From: Carcharhinus longimanus
Taxonomy: Eukaryota
Assembly: GCA_030264375.1 (NCBI GenBank)
Contig: JASCQW010000105.1
Coordinates: 71,532,602-71,596,601, forward strand
DNA: 64,000 nucleotides
Direction: 5' to 3'
Position 1 is the stretch's first letter. Every line of letters begins with the position of its first letter. Below the pieces are notes generated by a model. It was not told the DNA's origin. It saw only the letters and a list, made by a program, of their open reading frames with translations, and ran no database searches. The translations under genes and the position numbers were made by a program. Of this stretch, positions 12,700-23,891 are shown piece by piece.

Positions 12700-12884
12700 T
12701 CTTAGGCTGATTGGTGCACCAAATTGACCCTACACTATTCTCCCCTGAATCTGGCTACAATAGGGGTACCATTCGCATACACACTGGGCAAGGTAGGTGT
12801 AGGAAAATGCTTTGTTAAAATGGCGGCGCGGGCTCATTGGGCCGAAGGGCCTGTTTCCCGTGTTGGGTTGTTCTTTGCTCTTTG
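12700..12884 (+). mobile_element. SINE with a CR1-type tail
   Basis: ttaggctgattggtgcaccaaattgaccc...tgggccgaagggcctgtttcccgtg...ttctttg. Confidence 0.75.
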
Positions 12885-13102
12885 TACGTGTGGGTTTCCT
12901 CCAGATGCTCCGGTTTCCTTCCACAGTCCAAAAGATGCGCTGGTTAGGGGGACTGGCAATGCTAAATTGCCCCTTAGTGTCAAGGGGATTAGTAGGCTAA
13001 ACATATGGGGTTATGGGGATAGAGTGTGGGCAGGAGTGTGTTCGGTGCAGACTCAATGGGCCAAATGGTGGTCTTCTGCATTGTAGGGATTCGATGATTC
13101 TA
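12885..13102 (+). mobile_element. HE1 SINE, 3' two-thirds
   Basis: gtgggtttcctccagatgctccggtttcc..cacagtccaaagatg; tail ctgcattgtagggattcgatgattcta. Confidence 0.9.
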
Positions 13103-13525
13103 ACCCATTTATAGTAACTTCAGCACCAAACAGGGTTAAGTTCCAGTCAATTTTACCTCTTATTTGATACGATGAAATGTTTTTACAAAAAGTTTCATTT
13201 TTCAGGTAAAAGCGATGTTTAAAGTGCTAAATCATGGTCTTCTCAATAGTAAGAGTAGGTTTGGTAAGCTTGTGCAATTAAAAGGGGTGTGTGCAGTCTT
13301 ATACATGTGTATCCAGCTTCAATTTTAGCTCCGGAAAAACTCATTAATACACTGTTCTTTGAAATGGCAAACTCCTGATTTCAGCTAAAATATTAATCAA
13401 GTCAAGCTTCACCACACAAACCAGGTGCATATCTAATAGACAAGAGGAGAAACAAGTTAAGAGTCGCTCTAATCTATGCACTTTAGTTTGCTGCTGCTTT
13501 GGAAATTAAGTTGTGACTCAGGATG

Positions 13526-13626
13526 AGGTGGATATGCTGGTGTTGGACTGGGGTAAACAGTAAAAAATCTGACAACACCAGGTTAAAATCGGTTGGACTT
13601 AAACCTGGTGTTGTCAGACTTTTTAC
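13526..13626 (+). mobile_element. Mini Penelope-like hairpin insertion with a 14-bp TSD
   Basis: TSD tgtgactcaggatg at 13512-13525 and 13627-13640; 27-bp inverted arms; sequence matches the termini of 21543-22137. Confidence 0.85.
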
Positions 13627-14361
13627 TGTGACTCAGGATGGCAGTCAATATCTGAAATGGGGGATCTAAAGTAGAAAGGGATTGACAATCATTTGAAAAA
13701 TAGAAAACTGAAGGAATGTAGAAAATAGTAGATCATTCAGCCCTTCGAGGATCAACTGTGATCATGGTGAATATTATCACGGTTGATCCTCTATCTTAAC
13801 ACCATACTCCTATGCTCTCTCCACACCCATTTACACCTTTAGAGGACATGTTTGCTGGCAAAGTACAGACAGCCTTTTACTTTCCAGCTTTGTAGCACAG
13901 AACATAAATCAACATTCCTACAGCTCCCTGCTGAAACAGCTAACAAAAAAAAGTGAAGGTCCAAAATTATCTTTCGAGTTACTGCATAACATAACAAGCA
14001 TCTGGTAAAAAGAACAATGCTATCAGCTAGGCCCTTGAGAAAGCAAACCTACACAACCCATGAATAATCATTAAAACTGATTACACTGAGCTCACATACA
14101 GCCTTGCTCAAAATATTTGCATCATAACTATGTTTTGTAGACTACTATTTGTTCAAGTTTCTTGCAATATAGAAGACTGATAAGAACATTGCCCAACTGT
14201 TTCTGACCCAATAGTTGTACAAGTCTCAAATGAGTACAAAGGATTCATTTAAGATTAAATGAATAAAATATAGGACATAGGACATAAAAGATTACTTTTC
14301 TCATCCAACTGTTCCTTTCCATTTTCTAAACAGAACATTGTCTATCATAAGATTCCATTAC

Positions 14362-14461
14362 CTGATAGAGATGATTACTGAAGCAAAAATGTCCAACATG
14401 ACATAACACTAGCTCTGACAAAATTTCAAAACGATGATTACAGGCATTATTCAACTCTGAT
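14362..14461 (-). CDS. Candidate internal exon (SELNNACNHRFEILSELVLCHVGHFCFSNHLYQ)
   Basis: Donor CAG|GTAATG; three possible acceptors (exon starts 14461, 14414, 14408); open frame ends in phase 0, compatible with 4115-4161. Confidence 0.4.
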
Positions 14462-14718
14462 CTGCATATTTTCCACAGAAAGAAATTTCTGAGCCAAATT
14501 TTAATACAGGAGTTTACATTTATCCTTATCTTTAACTCTGCTCTTAATTTAACAGTCATTGTTACCAGGAAGGAAAGGGGACAGTCTCAACAACTCTTTG
14601 CCAATAATGATTAAGCAGNNNNNNNNNNNNNNNNNNNNNNNNNNNNNNNNNNNNNNNNNNNNNNNNNNNNNNNNNNNNNNNNNNNNNNNNNNNNNNNNNN
14701 NNNNNNNNNNNNNNNNNN

Positions 14719-14795
14719 ATAGGTTGGACTAAAACCTGGTGTTGTCAGACTTTTTACTGTGTTTACGCCAGTCCAATGCCGGCATACCCACATCA
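14719..14795 (-). mobile_element. Penelope-like terminus next to a gap
   Basis: ttggactaaaacctggtgttgtcagactttttactgtgtttacgccagtccaatgccggcatacccacatca. Confidence 0.85.
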
Positions 14796-14969
14796 AGGAA
14801 GTTGGCAGGCACAAGCTGCCCTGTGCAATCCTTCCACTTCCATTCTGACATCGGCACATGTTGCTGTTTTTGCAACATTGATATAATGTTGATATAGGAC
14901 ACTGATATAGGTGTCAGTTGAAGGCTGCTGAAGGAAGGTGAAAAAAAATTCAAGGTGGAAAAACAGAAG

Positions 14970-15580
14970 ACAGCTTTATTAGTTGAGGCATAGGGTTTAA
15001 GAGCAGGGACGTTATGCTGGAACTACATAAAATGTTGGTTAGGCCACAGCTAGAGTGTTGTGTGCAGGTCTGGAATCCAAATAATATGAAGGATGTGATA
15101 GTATTGGAAAGGGTGCATGATGTTGCTTTAGCTGCAGAGTTTTAGTTATAAGATACACTGGAGTTGCTTTCCTTTGAGCACAGAAGACTGAGGGGGTACA
15201 TGATTGAGATGTATAAAATTATGAGGGGTATAGATAAAGTAAATAGGAAGAAACTTTTCCCCTTGACGGAGGGATCAAAGACTAGGGGGCATAGATTTAG
15301 GGTAAGGGATAGGCAGTTTAGAAGAATGAGGGAGAAAACATCTTCATTCAAAAGTGGTGGGAGTCTGGAACTCTCTGTCTGAAAAGGTGGGAGGGAGACC
15401 CTCATAACATTTAAGAACATAAATGCAATATAAATGAATACTTGCGAACATAAATGAATACAAGGCTATGGGCAAAGTGCTGGAAAATGGGATTACAACA
15501 GTTAGGTGGTTTGTCTTTGACCAGTGCAGAAACAATGGGTCAAATGGCCTTTTCCTTTACTGTATACCTCAATGACTATG
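14970..15580 (+). mobile_element. CR1 LINE 3' fragment
   Basis: RRLRGYMIEMYKIMRGIDKV...TRGHRF; 3' end gggtcaaatggcctttt. Confidence 0.9.
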
Positions 15581-17224
15581 AACTACTGGAAATTGTTATT
15601 TGGCAACCTAGCACGAGAACAAATGCTCACATATCCATACTGCCCATCATGAGTGGGCTGCAAGAGTCAGGAGCTGTTGAAGCTCTGTACATTTAATTGA
15701 TGGAACCACAGTCTTGCTAGGAGGATGGCAGTAATGGATGCAGACATTTTATCCCGGGGTGTTGCTCACCGTGCTGCCCCTGCAATAGGCATTTCAGATA
15801 TGGAGGATTCAAACCTGCAAATTATCAGTCATTAAACAGACTGATTAATGTCCTCAAGGGGTTCAGAGTTATCTTTTTAGGACTGAGGTGGTTCAAGCAT
15901 GGAAATTTAGAATCAAGTCAAGTACTGTGGTTAGCAATAACAAATACATGTGAATTTGCAATGCTTCAGAATATTATTGACTGAACAACCAGTCTTGCTC
16001 ACAAATGGACACAAGGAGTAGATCCCTCACTAATCTTTCACTAGAAACTGCACCATACCATGGTGGAAAAAATTGCACCCTATCTGGCACGTGGGTGTAG
16101 CTGGTCACACCTATATGTGTTACCCATCTCTAACTGCCCTCGAGTGGTGCTTTTATGCTATCAATCAGTACAATTTTTGGGGTAGAGTCATCAAAACAAG
16201 ACAGATTGAAAAGCAGAACTTAAAGTCAAGGCAGTCCACTGGTCCCCTCTGTAGGGGTGGTGCTGGATGCATCATGTCAAAAAATCTTTTATTACACACT
16301 AGATAATTTCATTACAGACTTGCAAATTATCAACCNNNNNNNNNNAAGGCAGCATGGTATGGCAATGAAGCCAAATATCTTACTCTAATTTGGCAGAAGT
16401 GCGTTGCCTCTTACCACCAGATACAGAAGATTAACTCTCACCAGAGTTCAAGGTTCTTTGCACTCAGTTTTAGAACAAGCCAAGTTCATGCCATAATGGA
16501 ATCAGATTTTGGAATAAGTTTACATTACACTTAAGTGCAAGCCTGATGCAAGACTGGATTGATCAAAGCAATTGACCGATTTCTGCTCGAGTGGATTAAA
16601 CAGCTCGGCAAAAGGCCACCACTCTCTAACATTGCACCTGGCATTGGAGGTCTGGAATATCAGGAGAACCAGAAGATCAAGTTGGAAAAACCGATACTTT
16701 CTAACCTTAAATACAGGCAACTAGAAAGGAGCCATTGAGGTGTACAAGATAACAGGTAATGTGATTTCCAGAACAGCACTTCAACCAAAACTATTAGTAA
16801 AAGGTAAGGAATTCAGTTTCAAACTAGCCAAGACAAATTTAGGATTATCAGCAAGCTCTTCACAAACAGCTAATACTTAAGCATTTTTGACATAAACCAT
16901 CCTAATGTTTAATTTTTTGGGGGGGCAAGATCAAATGGTTATGACGACTATGTCCATCAACATTTGTAAGTCGTCCTGAAGTTGTCACCAAACCATATTT
17001 TCCTCCAATGGGTAAAAATACTTCAATTTTCTGCAGGTAGTACTACACATCTTTTATTGCCACAGCTTCAGAATTTGGGTCATCAGGCGGGCACAAGACT
17101 TGGTCTCACCAGAACTATAGTGTTACTGTTAGAGTGGACCATTCTAAGTGGCCTACCTAGCTGCAGGCTAGTTGAAATTCTGTGCATTGACTGTTTACTT
17201 ACACCACTCATCAAATGGTGAATG

Positions 17225-17375
17225 TTGAAAGAAGTGCTGGTTAGGTGCATTTGCCATGCTAAATTTTCTGTGTACCCGGGCAGGTGCTGGAGTGTGGTGG
17301 CTAGGAGATTTTCACAGTAACTTCAATTTGGTGTTAACGTAAGTCTACTTGTGACACTAATAAATAAAACTTAAA
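17225..17375 (+). mobile_element. SINE 3' part (gtgacactaataaa tail)
   Basis: gctggttaggtgcatttgccatgctaaa...gattttcacagtaacttca...cttgtgacactaataaataaaac. Confidence 0.85.
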
Positions 17376-18994
17376 AAAATTATTGGTACACTATTAGCTT
17401 TAAATCCTCAATTCAATCATGTTGCATTTCTCTCAATTGTTCCCAATGAATTCAAGTTATGTGAAATTGCTGGATGAATTGGTGGAGAAATCATAAAAAT
17501 GGAATTCTGGATATAATTTATCAATAGAAAAAGCAAGGGGTGGATAACAAATTAATACAAGATATTCGGTGAACAGTAACTAACATTGTGTACAGTTTTG
17601 GGCACTGTACTACGGTAAGGTATAAATTCCATTCAGCAGGATAATACCAGGGATGAGAGGATTATTGGTATGATGACAGGCTGTAAAAGAAAAACCTAGC
17701 TGTGTTTATTGTAGTAGGGAAGGTCAAGAGGAATATAATAGGTATATTCAAAATTTCAAAAGCATTTCAGTACAAATAATTTCCACTCATCAGTGACTCA
17801 GTAAAGACCCTTTGGCAGTAAGATTATTGCCAAAGGGTCAAAAAAATCAGAATAATTTATTTTCGTACAAAAGATTATTTGGATACATTAAGCTTTACCG
17901 TGAGTGGCTACTAAAGCCAAGTCAATCTCAATATTTAAAATGGACTTGGAAAAATACTGGAAATAGGGATACAGTAACCAGCTCTGGTGAGCAAGCAACA
18001 TGTACACCAGACCAAACGACCACTTACTTTTCTGATATTTCTACGATGCAGCACAGTTAGTAAACGGAGTGTGTTTTCTTATAATACAGTCCTACTTCTG
18101 ATAGCCTTTGGATGAATAATTGGTCAACCATGGACATCAGGCAAAAGCAGCCTTAGGCTCACTTCTGATGCAAGCCCAGTAAAAGAGGCTATTGACACTC
18201 ATGTGAATAAGAGCTACTAAATAGGTGCCCAAGAATTGATGGCTTTTTACCATACAGCAACAAGTCAGCAGTCTCCAGCCAAGAAATGAAGGCAAAAGTG
18301 CCAAGAATTGATTTTTATTCAAATAAACAATTTGTTTTAAAGTATGGATCATTTAGAATGCAAACCAAGTTTACAGCATAACCCTGTTCACAACTGCCCA
18401 ACATTAGCTGCATATTCTGTACAGTCTTAAACACGCCTCAAGCATCTCCCACTTTTATTTACGGACACTAATTCAATGGTGTACGTTTATCTTTTCTGAT
18501 CTAACATACACCATATTATGTTCAAGAACTGTTATTCTCAAATTTACCTGCATAATTTGGCTAGAGTACTATCCTGGCTACCATTAGCTGATGTCCTATC
18601 TTAGTCGTAGCCTCCAACAACATTTTAAAATAGTAGCGTTATGTATTGTAATCCAATGCATCTCTGTTTGATTATTCATGCGATGTGCAGTGATATTTGC
18701 ATGTTTTTCTCTCTTCCATCCTGAAGAGGTGTAAGCAAGCAACATCTATAGAAGCTCAACTGACTGGTTAAGTAACACAACGTGGAACCTTTAAATCTTT
18801 TTATCTTGCTGTTCAAAAGTGAGCTGACCACTAATATATACCAAGTAGCAAGGATTTTTGTTCTAGAACCAAACTTTGGAATTCTACAGGACAAGATCCC
18901 TTTCACCTGCATCTTCTCCCATCTCCCAGCCCCTATTCCCATATATTGTTCAGGCAGTTTTCAGAACGCTGTGCTATTTGTCATTCATGTGTCA

Positions 18995-19400
18995 ACCACA
19001 GGGCTCAGTTCATAACACACACCTCTGAGCCACAAAGTTCTGGGTTCAAGTGATACTCCAGGCCTTGAATACAAAAACGAAGGCTGACACTCCTCCAGTG
19101 TGGTATTGAGAAAGCACTGCACTGTCGGAGGTTCTATCTTTTGGAAGAGACATTAAACCGACGCCCCGTCTGGCTGGTCAGATGCATAACATGGCACTCG
19201 GAGTTATCCCTGCTATCCAAACCAATATCCCCTAATACAATGATCTGGTCATTATCACAGTGCTATTTGAGAGTGCTTGCTGAATACAAATTAGCGGCCC
19301 CATTTCCTATATTACACATTCAAAAAATACTTGGCTGGGAAGTGTTTTGAGGCATCCAGTGGTTGTATAAAATGCTATTTAATTGCAAGTCTTTCTTTCA
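18995..19400 (+). mobile_element. Near-full SacSINE1-like DeuSINE
   Basis: B-box gggttcaagt; Deu-like core gcactgcactgtcggagg...gagacattaaaccg; L2-like tail aaatgctatttaattgcaagtctttctt. Confidence 0.8.
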
Positions 19401-20217
19401 CTCCATAGGCTTTCAATCTTCTCTGCAAACCACAGATGTATATTCCAAAAATCCAACTAAGTTAATTTATATCTATTGGATAACCTTTAGCTATTTATTT
19501 GGTTCCCTCCTCAAAGAATTCCAGCAGTCTTATGAGGCATGACCCATTAGATTTAAAACTCCTTACAGCCTTAGCACAGTTTGAAAGAAGATGAATAGTG
19601 TCGTACTGCCACATGTCCAACTATTATAGATGGTTACTGTTTTTGTTCTCACTACTAGATTCTTTCATATTCTCAATTTTCAGATACATCAGTGATGGGT
19701 GGTGACTACATATCTTAATGTACGAGAAAACAAACTGCACCGAAGCTTTGCAGTTTAACGGAGGCCTTTTCCAGCGTTTTTTGTTTACAGTCCACTAGTA
19801 CCACAAATAGTGATTTCAAGTTACAAACAGGGCTTTAGTTGCTCCTGACCATCAGCATAGACAAGTGCCAGCTCCCTGGGATTCAGACTGGAGACTAATT
19901 ATACCACTGGACTGAATCAGACCGAATAAAGGAAATTTTAATTAATTAGCTTGCTAAAACAGTAGAATGCAGGATTGTACACTTTGTTAAACAGAATAAA
20001 CTTTGCACTACATCATGTAGCACATTAACACAGTAAGTTATCTATGGAAAGGAGGGGGAGGCACTCAATTATTTGCACAATAATGTTGCTGGGTAACTGC
20101 AGCTTGTGAAATTCCCCTATTAAGATCTTTACCAAGAAGCCCAAAGTTGCTGGGTATATGAAATTACTTGCTGAAACTTTACAAATATCGACTGGAAAAG
20201 CTATATTCAAGCACGCT

Positions 20218-20850
20218 AGAGGGGTCAGTTTCTGTCCAATGTGTGCAGGGAGGTCTCATGACACAGTATGTAAATAGGCCAACAAGAGGTGAGGCTACAT
20301 TGGATTTAGTACTGGGTAATGAGCCAGACCAGGTGTTAGACTTGGAGGTAGGTGAGCACTTTGGTGATAGTGACCACAATCCGGTTACGTTTACCTTAGT
20401 GATGGAAAGGGATAGGCATACACCAAAGGGCAGAAGTTATAGCTGGGAGAAAGGTAATTATGAGGCTATTAGGAGAGACTTAGGATACATAGGGTGGAGT
20501 AGGAAATTGCAGGGGCTGGGAACGTCTGAAATGTGGAGCTTATTCAAGGAGCAGCTACTGCAAGTCCTTGATAAATATGTACCTGTCAGGCAGGGAGGAA
20601 GTGGTCGAGCGAGGGAACCGTGGTGTACTAAGGAAGTTGNNNNNNNNNNNNNNNNNNNNNNNNNNNNNNNNNNNNNNNNNNNNNNNNNNNNNNNNNNNNN
20701 NNNNNNNNNNNNNNNNNNNNNNNNNNNNNNNNNNNNNNNGGCATATGGATAACATTGGAATAGTTTAGGTTAGAGGGTCATTAGATTGGTTCCACTGGTC
20801 GGCGCAACAGAGGGCCAAAGGGCCTGTACTGTGCTGTAATGTTCTATGAA
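20218..20850 (+). mobile_element. Young CR1/HER1 LINE: endonuclease end, gap, then 3' end
   Basis: Uninterrupted QYVNRPTRGEATLDLVLGNEP...GDSDHN (AP endonuclease motifs); 3' end gggccaaagggcctgtactgtgctgtaatgttctatg. Confidence 0.95.
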
Positions 20851-21637
20851 ACAGGCCATACCTGAGTGCCCTTCAAAAGTTACAAATCCACAATACTTTA
20901 AAACAACGATTGGCCACAGTGAGGAGGATGGAGGGGAAAGGCATTCACTATTACAGTAAATTTTGAAATAAGTGAAACAAAAATCCACAGTGCGTACATT
21001 TTTAAGGTGTTTTCGTTTCATAACTGCCTTCTAGAGCAAACAGAAGGAACGGCCAACTACTTTGTGCGACTCTCTGATAATTCGCGCACAAACCTGCTGG
21101 TAACGAAGCTCAATCATACAGAACACTGCACAGGCAGCAGTTGCCATGGGGAACAATCTCTGCAACTCTATAGTTAGCCAGAGCACTTAGCTTAGTTATT
21201 GCTGACATCAGGCCTCCCCCATTCATAAGCTCCTGTCTGAAAATGCAGAAAATAGCAGACACTGACTGGCAATGGGAGACTAAACTGATCCAAGTCCAAT
21301 TAAGTTTGAGAAATCACAGATCTGAACTGGCAAAGCAAAACATTGCCACGCAATTGAAGTACTTTCTGTTAATTTTAATTATTGGCATATCTTCTCCATG
21401 AGAATATGAATGAAAAGGGTCTTGGAAACATTGCCAAATTTTCCTCCTCTTTTGCTCTCTCTCCAATTTGCCTGGTCAGTTACAACTACAGGAAATCGAC
21501 AATGTAACACCTCATTGTAAAGTAGGCTGATTTGGGATCTTCTATTGTGGAGATGCCAGCATTGGACCTGGGTAAACACAGTAAGAAGTCTCACAACACC
21601 AGGTGAAAGTCCAACAGGTTTATTTGGTAGTACAAAC

Positions 21638-21674
21638 CACTAGTTTTCAGAGCACTGTCCCTTCATCAGGTGAG
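21638..21674 (-). ncRNA. Minimal type I hammerhead ribozyme motif
   Basis: Reverse complement cac-CTGATGA-aggg-acagtg-ctct-GAAA-actagtg; both core boxes intact. Confidence 0.6.
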
Positions 21675-22044
21675 TGGGAGTTCTATTCACAAACAGGGCA
21701 TATAAAGACACAAACTCAATTTACAAAATAATGGTTGGNNNNNNNNNNNNNNNNNNNNNNNNNNNNNNNNNNNNNNNNNNNNNNNNNNNNNNNNNNNNNN
21801 NNNNNNNNNNNNNNNNNNNNNNNNNNNNNNNNNNNNNNTAATGGTTGGAATGCGAGCCTTTACAGATAATCAAGTCTTAAAAGGTACAGATAATGTGAGT
21901 GGAGAGAGTGTTAAGCACAGGTTAAAGAGGTGTTATTGTCTCCAGCCAGGACAGTTAGTGAGATTTTGCAAGCTTAGGCAAGTTGTGGGAGTTACAGATA
22001 GTGTGACATGAACCCGAGGTCTGGTTGAAGCAAAGTTCTCCCGT

Positions 22045-22079
22045 TCACCTAATGAGGGGCTGCGCTCTGAAAGCTAGTG
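22045..22079 (+). ncRNA. Hammerhead ribozyme motif with a mutated core
   Basis: cac-CTAATGA-ggggctgcgctct-GAAA-gctagtg (G>A in CUGAUGA). Confidence 0.5.
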
Positions 22080-22554
22080 GCTTGTGCTGCCAAATAAACC
22101 TGTTGGACTTTAACCTGGTGTTGTGAGACTTCTTATTGGGATACTTTGTCATGTTCAAAACATTAAAAATTTGCAGCAGGACACGTTCTGTTTCCTCTCC
22201 AAAACTACCAAAGTGCTATTTTAGGCAAAATATAAAAAGTAGAAGCTCTGACCTAGACAGTTTCTTTCAATGTTAGCACTGACCAGAGACCTGCAACATG
22301 AAACCTAATTGCAGATTTATTTCAGATTATGGTAGGAATCCAAAAAGATTTTACAATCACCTTGAACAGTAATTACAATCAATTATATTTAAAAATCACA
22401 AAGCCTTATGATGGTTTACTGGTTATGGTACTGGGTTTTATTTGGTATTACAGTTATCAAAATCCCAAGTTACAAAAGTAAATTCAATAAAGCTGCTTAA
22501 TTTGCTAGCTATCATCAGATAAAAGAGACTATGAAAGCTGCCAAACTGCTAGAA

Positions 22555-22710
22555 AAAACAACTGGTTCACTAACGTCCAACAGGAAAGGAAACTGCTGTT
22601 ACCATCTGGTCAAGTGAGTCGAAACAGAGCACTAGTGACTGACTCAATGCCCTCACAGTAAGTAACTCAGGGTGGGCCATAAATGCATTGCTCATAACCC
22701 AAGAGCAAAA
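22555..22710 (+). mobile_element. Fragment of the SINE family at 1208-1556
   Basis: actggttcactaacgtccaacaggaaaggaaactgct...gggtgggccataaatgc. Confidence 0.65.
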
Positions 22711-23154
22711 AGGTAAAGTAACAAGAGTAACAGATCAGGAAGTCCTAGAAACTTCAGTCAACACTAAACAACACTAAAATAACAGAAATGCCCAGAATCA
22801 AAAGTAGCTTGAATATTGCAATATTAACCCCAAACTATTCAAATCATAATCTATACCTACAAAAATGAAACAGAGTGCTGCTGTATTTGATTGTCCACAA
22901 CAGCTCACATTTAGTGGTGGAAAAGCATTACTTTTCCCAAAATCAACAATCGCACTTATAGAGGGCCTTTAACGTAGTAGAGTATCTCAATGTATCTAAC
23001 AGATCGTGAGAGAGTTGTCAGGCTGGAATAAGTAAAAGATAAGGGTAATGCCATGGAGGTATTTGAAAACAAGGATGAGAATTTTAAAAATTGAAGCTTT
23101 TACCAGGATGCTTGGGACTTGCTTCTGAACAAGATTCCACTGTTATTCAATGAG

Positions 23155-23836
23155 AAACACTGAAAAAAAACCAATGCAACTGCAGGTAACAGAAAAATAA
23201 TAAATATCACCTTTCAACTTGGACTGGTGTACTGAAGGCGATTGGGTAATTTAAAAAAAAAAACACCTTTGAAGAAAAATCAAGTGAAATGTTAACAAAA
23301 CAAATCCAGTTACTTCTGATGTTCTGCACCATGTCCTTCCTTAGCAGGTTTAAAAGCCAGAAGCCAGAGACACACAAATGAAGTTAGAAATTAGAAGTTC
23401 CCCACTGCTACAGTCAATACTTGCCAAAGATTAAATTTATGATTATTAACTCCTTAATGAAACTATTAATGGAACTGTAATTACAAGTGAGCACAAAGGA
23501 ACAAACTTCCACCCTGCATGTTTCAATGGATCATGGGAATGGTGCCAGTGGAGTCAACAACTTAAATTTACATAGCACAGTTATTTGGATAGATAGCTAA
23601 AAGCTGAATCAAAGATGCAGGTTTTAAAGAGCATTGTAAAAGCAGAGATTCTTAGAGATTTAGGGAGGAAATTTCAAAGCTCAGAGCCAAGGCAGCAAAA
23701 ACACTGAAAAAACCAATGCAACTGCGGCTAACAGAAAAATAATAAATATCACCTTTCACTGGTGTACTGGATGCGATTGGGTAATCAAAAAAACTGCCTT
23801 TGAAGAAAAATCAAGTGAAATGTTAACAAAACAAAT
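23155..23836 (+). repeat. ~140-bp local direct duplication (23155-23306 and 23698-23836)
   Basis: aaacactgaaaaaaccaatgcaactgc...aaaatcaagtgaaatgttaacaaaacaaat occurs twice. Confidence 0.9.
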
Positions 23837-23891
23837 GGGAATATTAATATCAGTAATATGCAACAGGCTAGAATTGGGGGAGTGCAGAGAC

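Larger units (their letters stand above)
21543..22137. mobile_element. Penelope-like retroelement remnant with inverted termini
   Basis: Left aagaagtctcacaacaccagg..aaagtccaacaggtttatttgg is inverted to right ccaaataaacctgttggactttaacctggtgttgtgagacttctt; possible TSD ttgggat(a)ctt. Confidence 0.85.

Noticed and set aside
21719-21850. taatggttgg on both sides of a gap
   Set aside because: Likely contig overlap artefact rather than a real duplication
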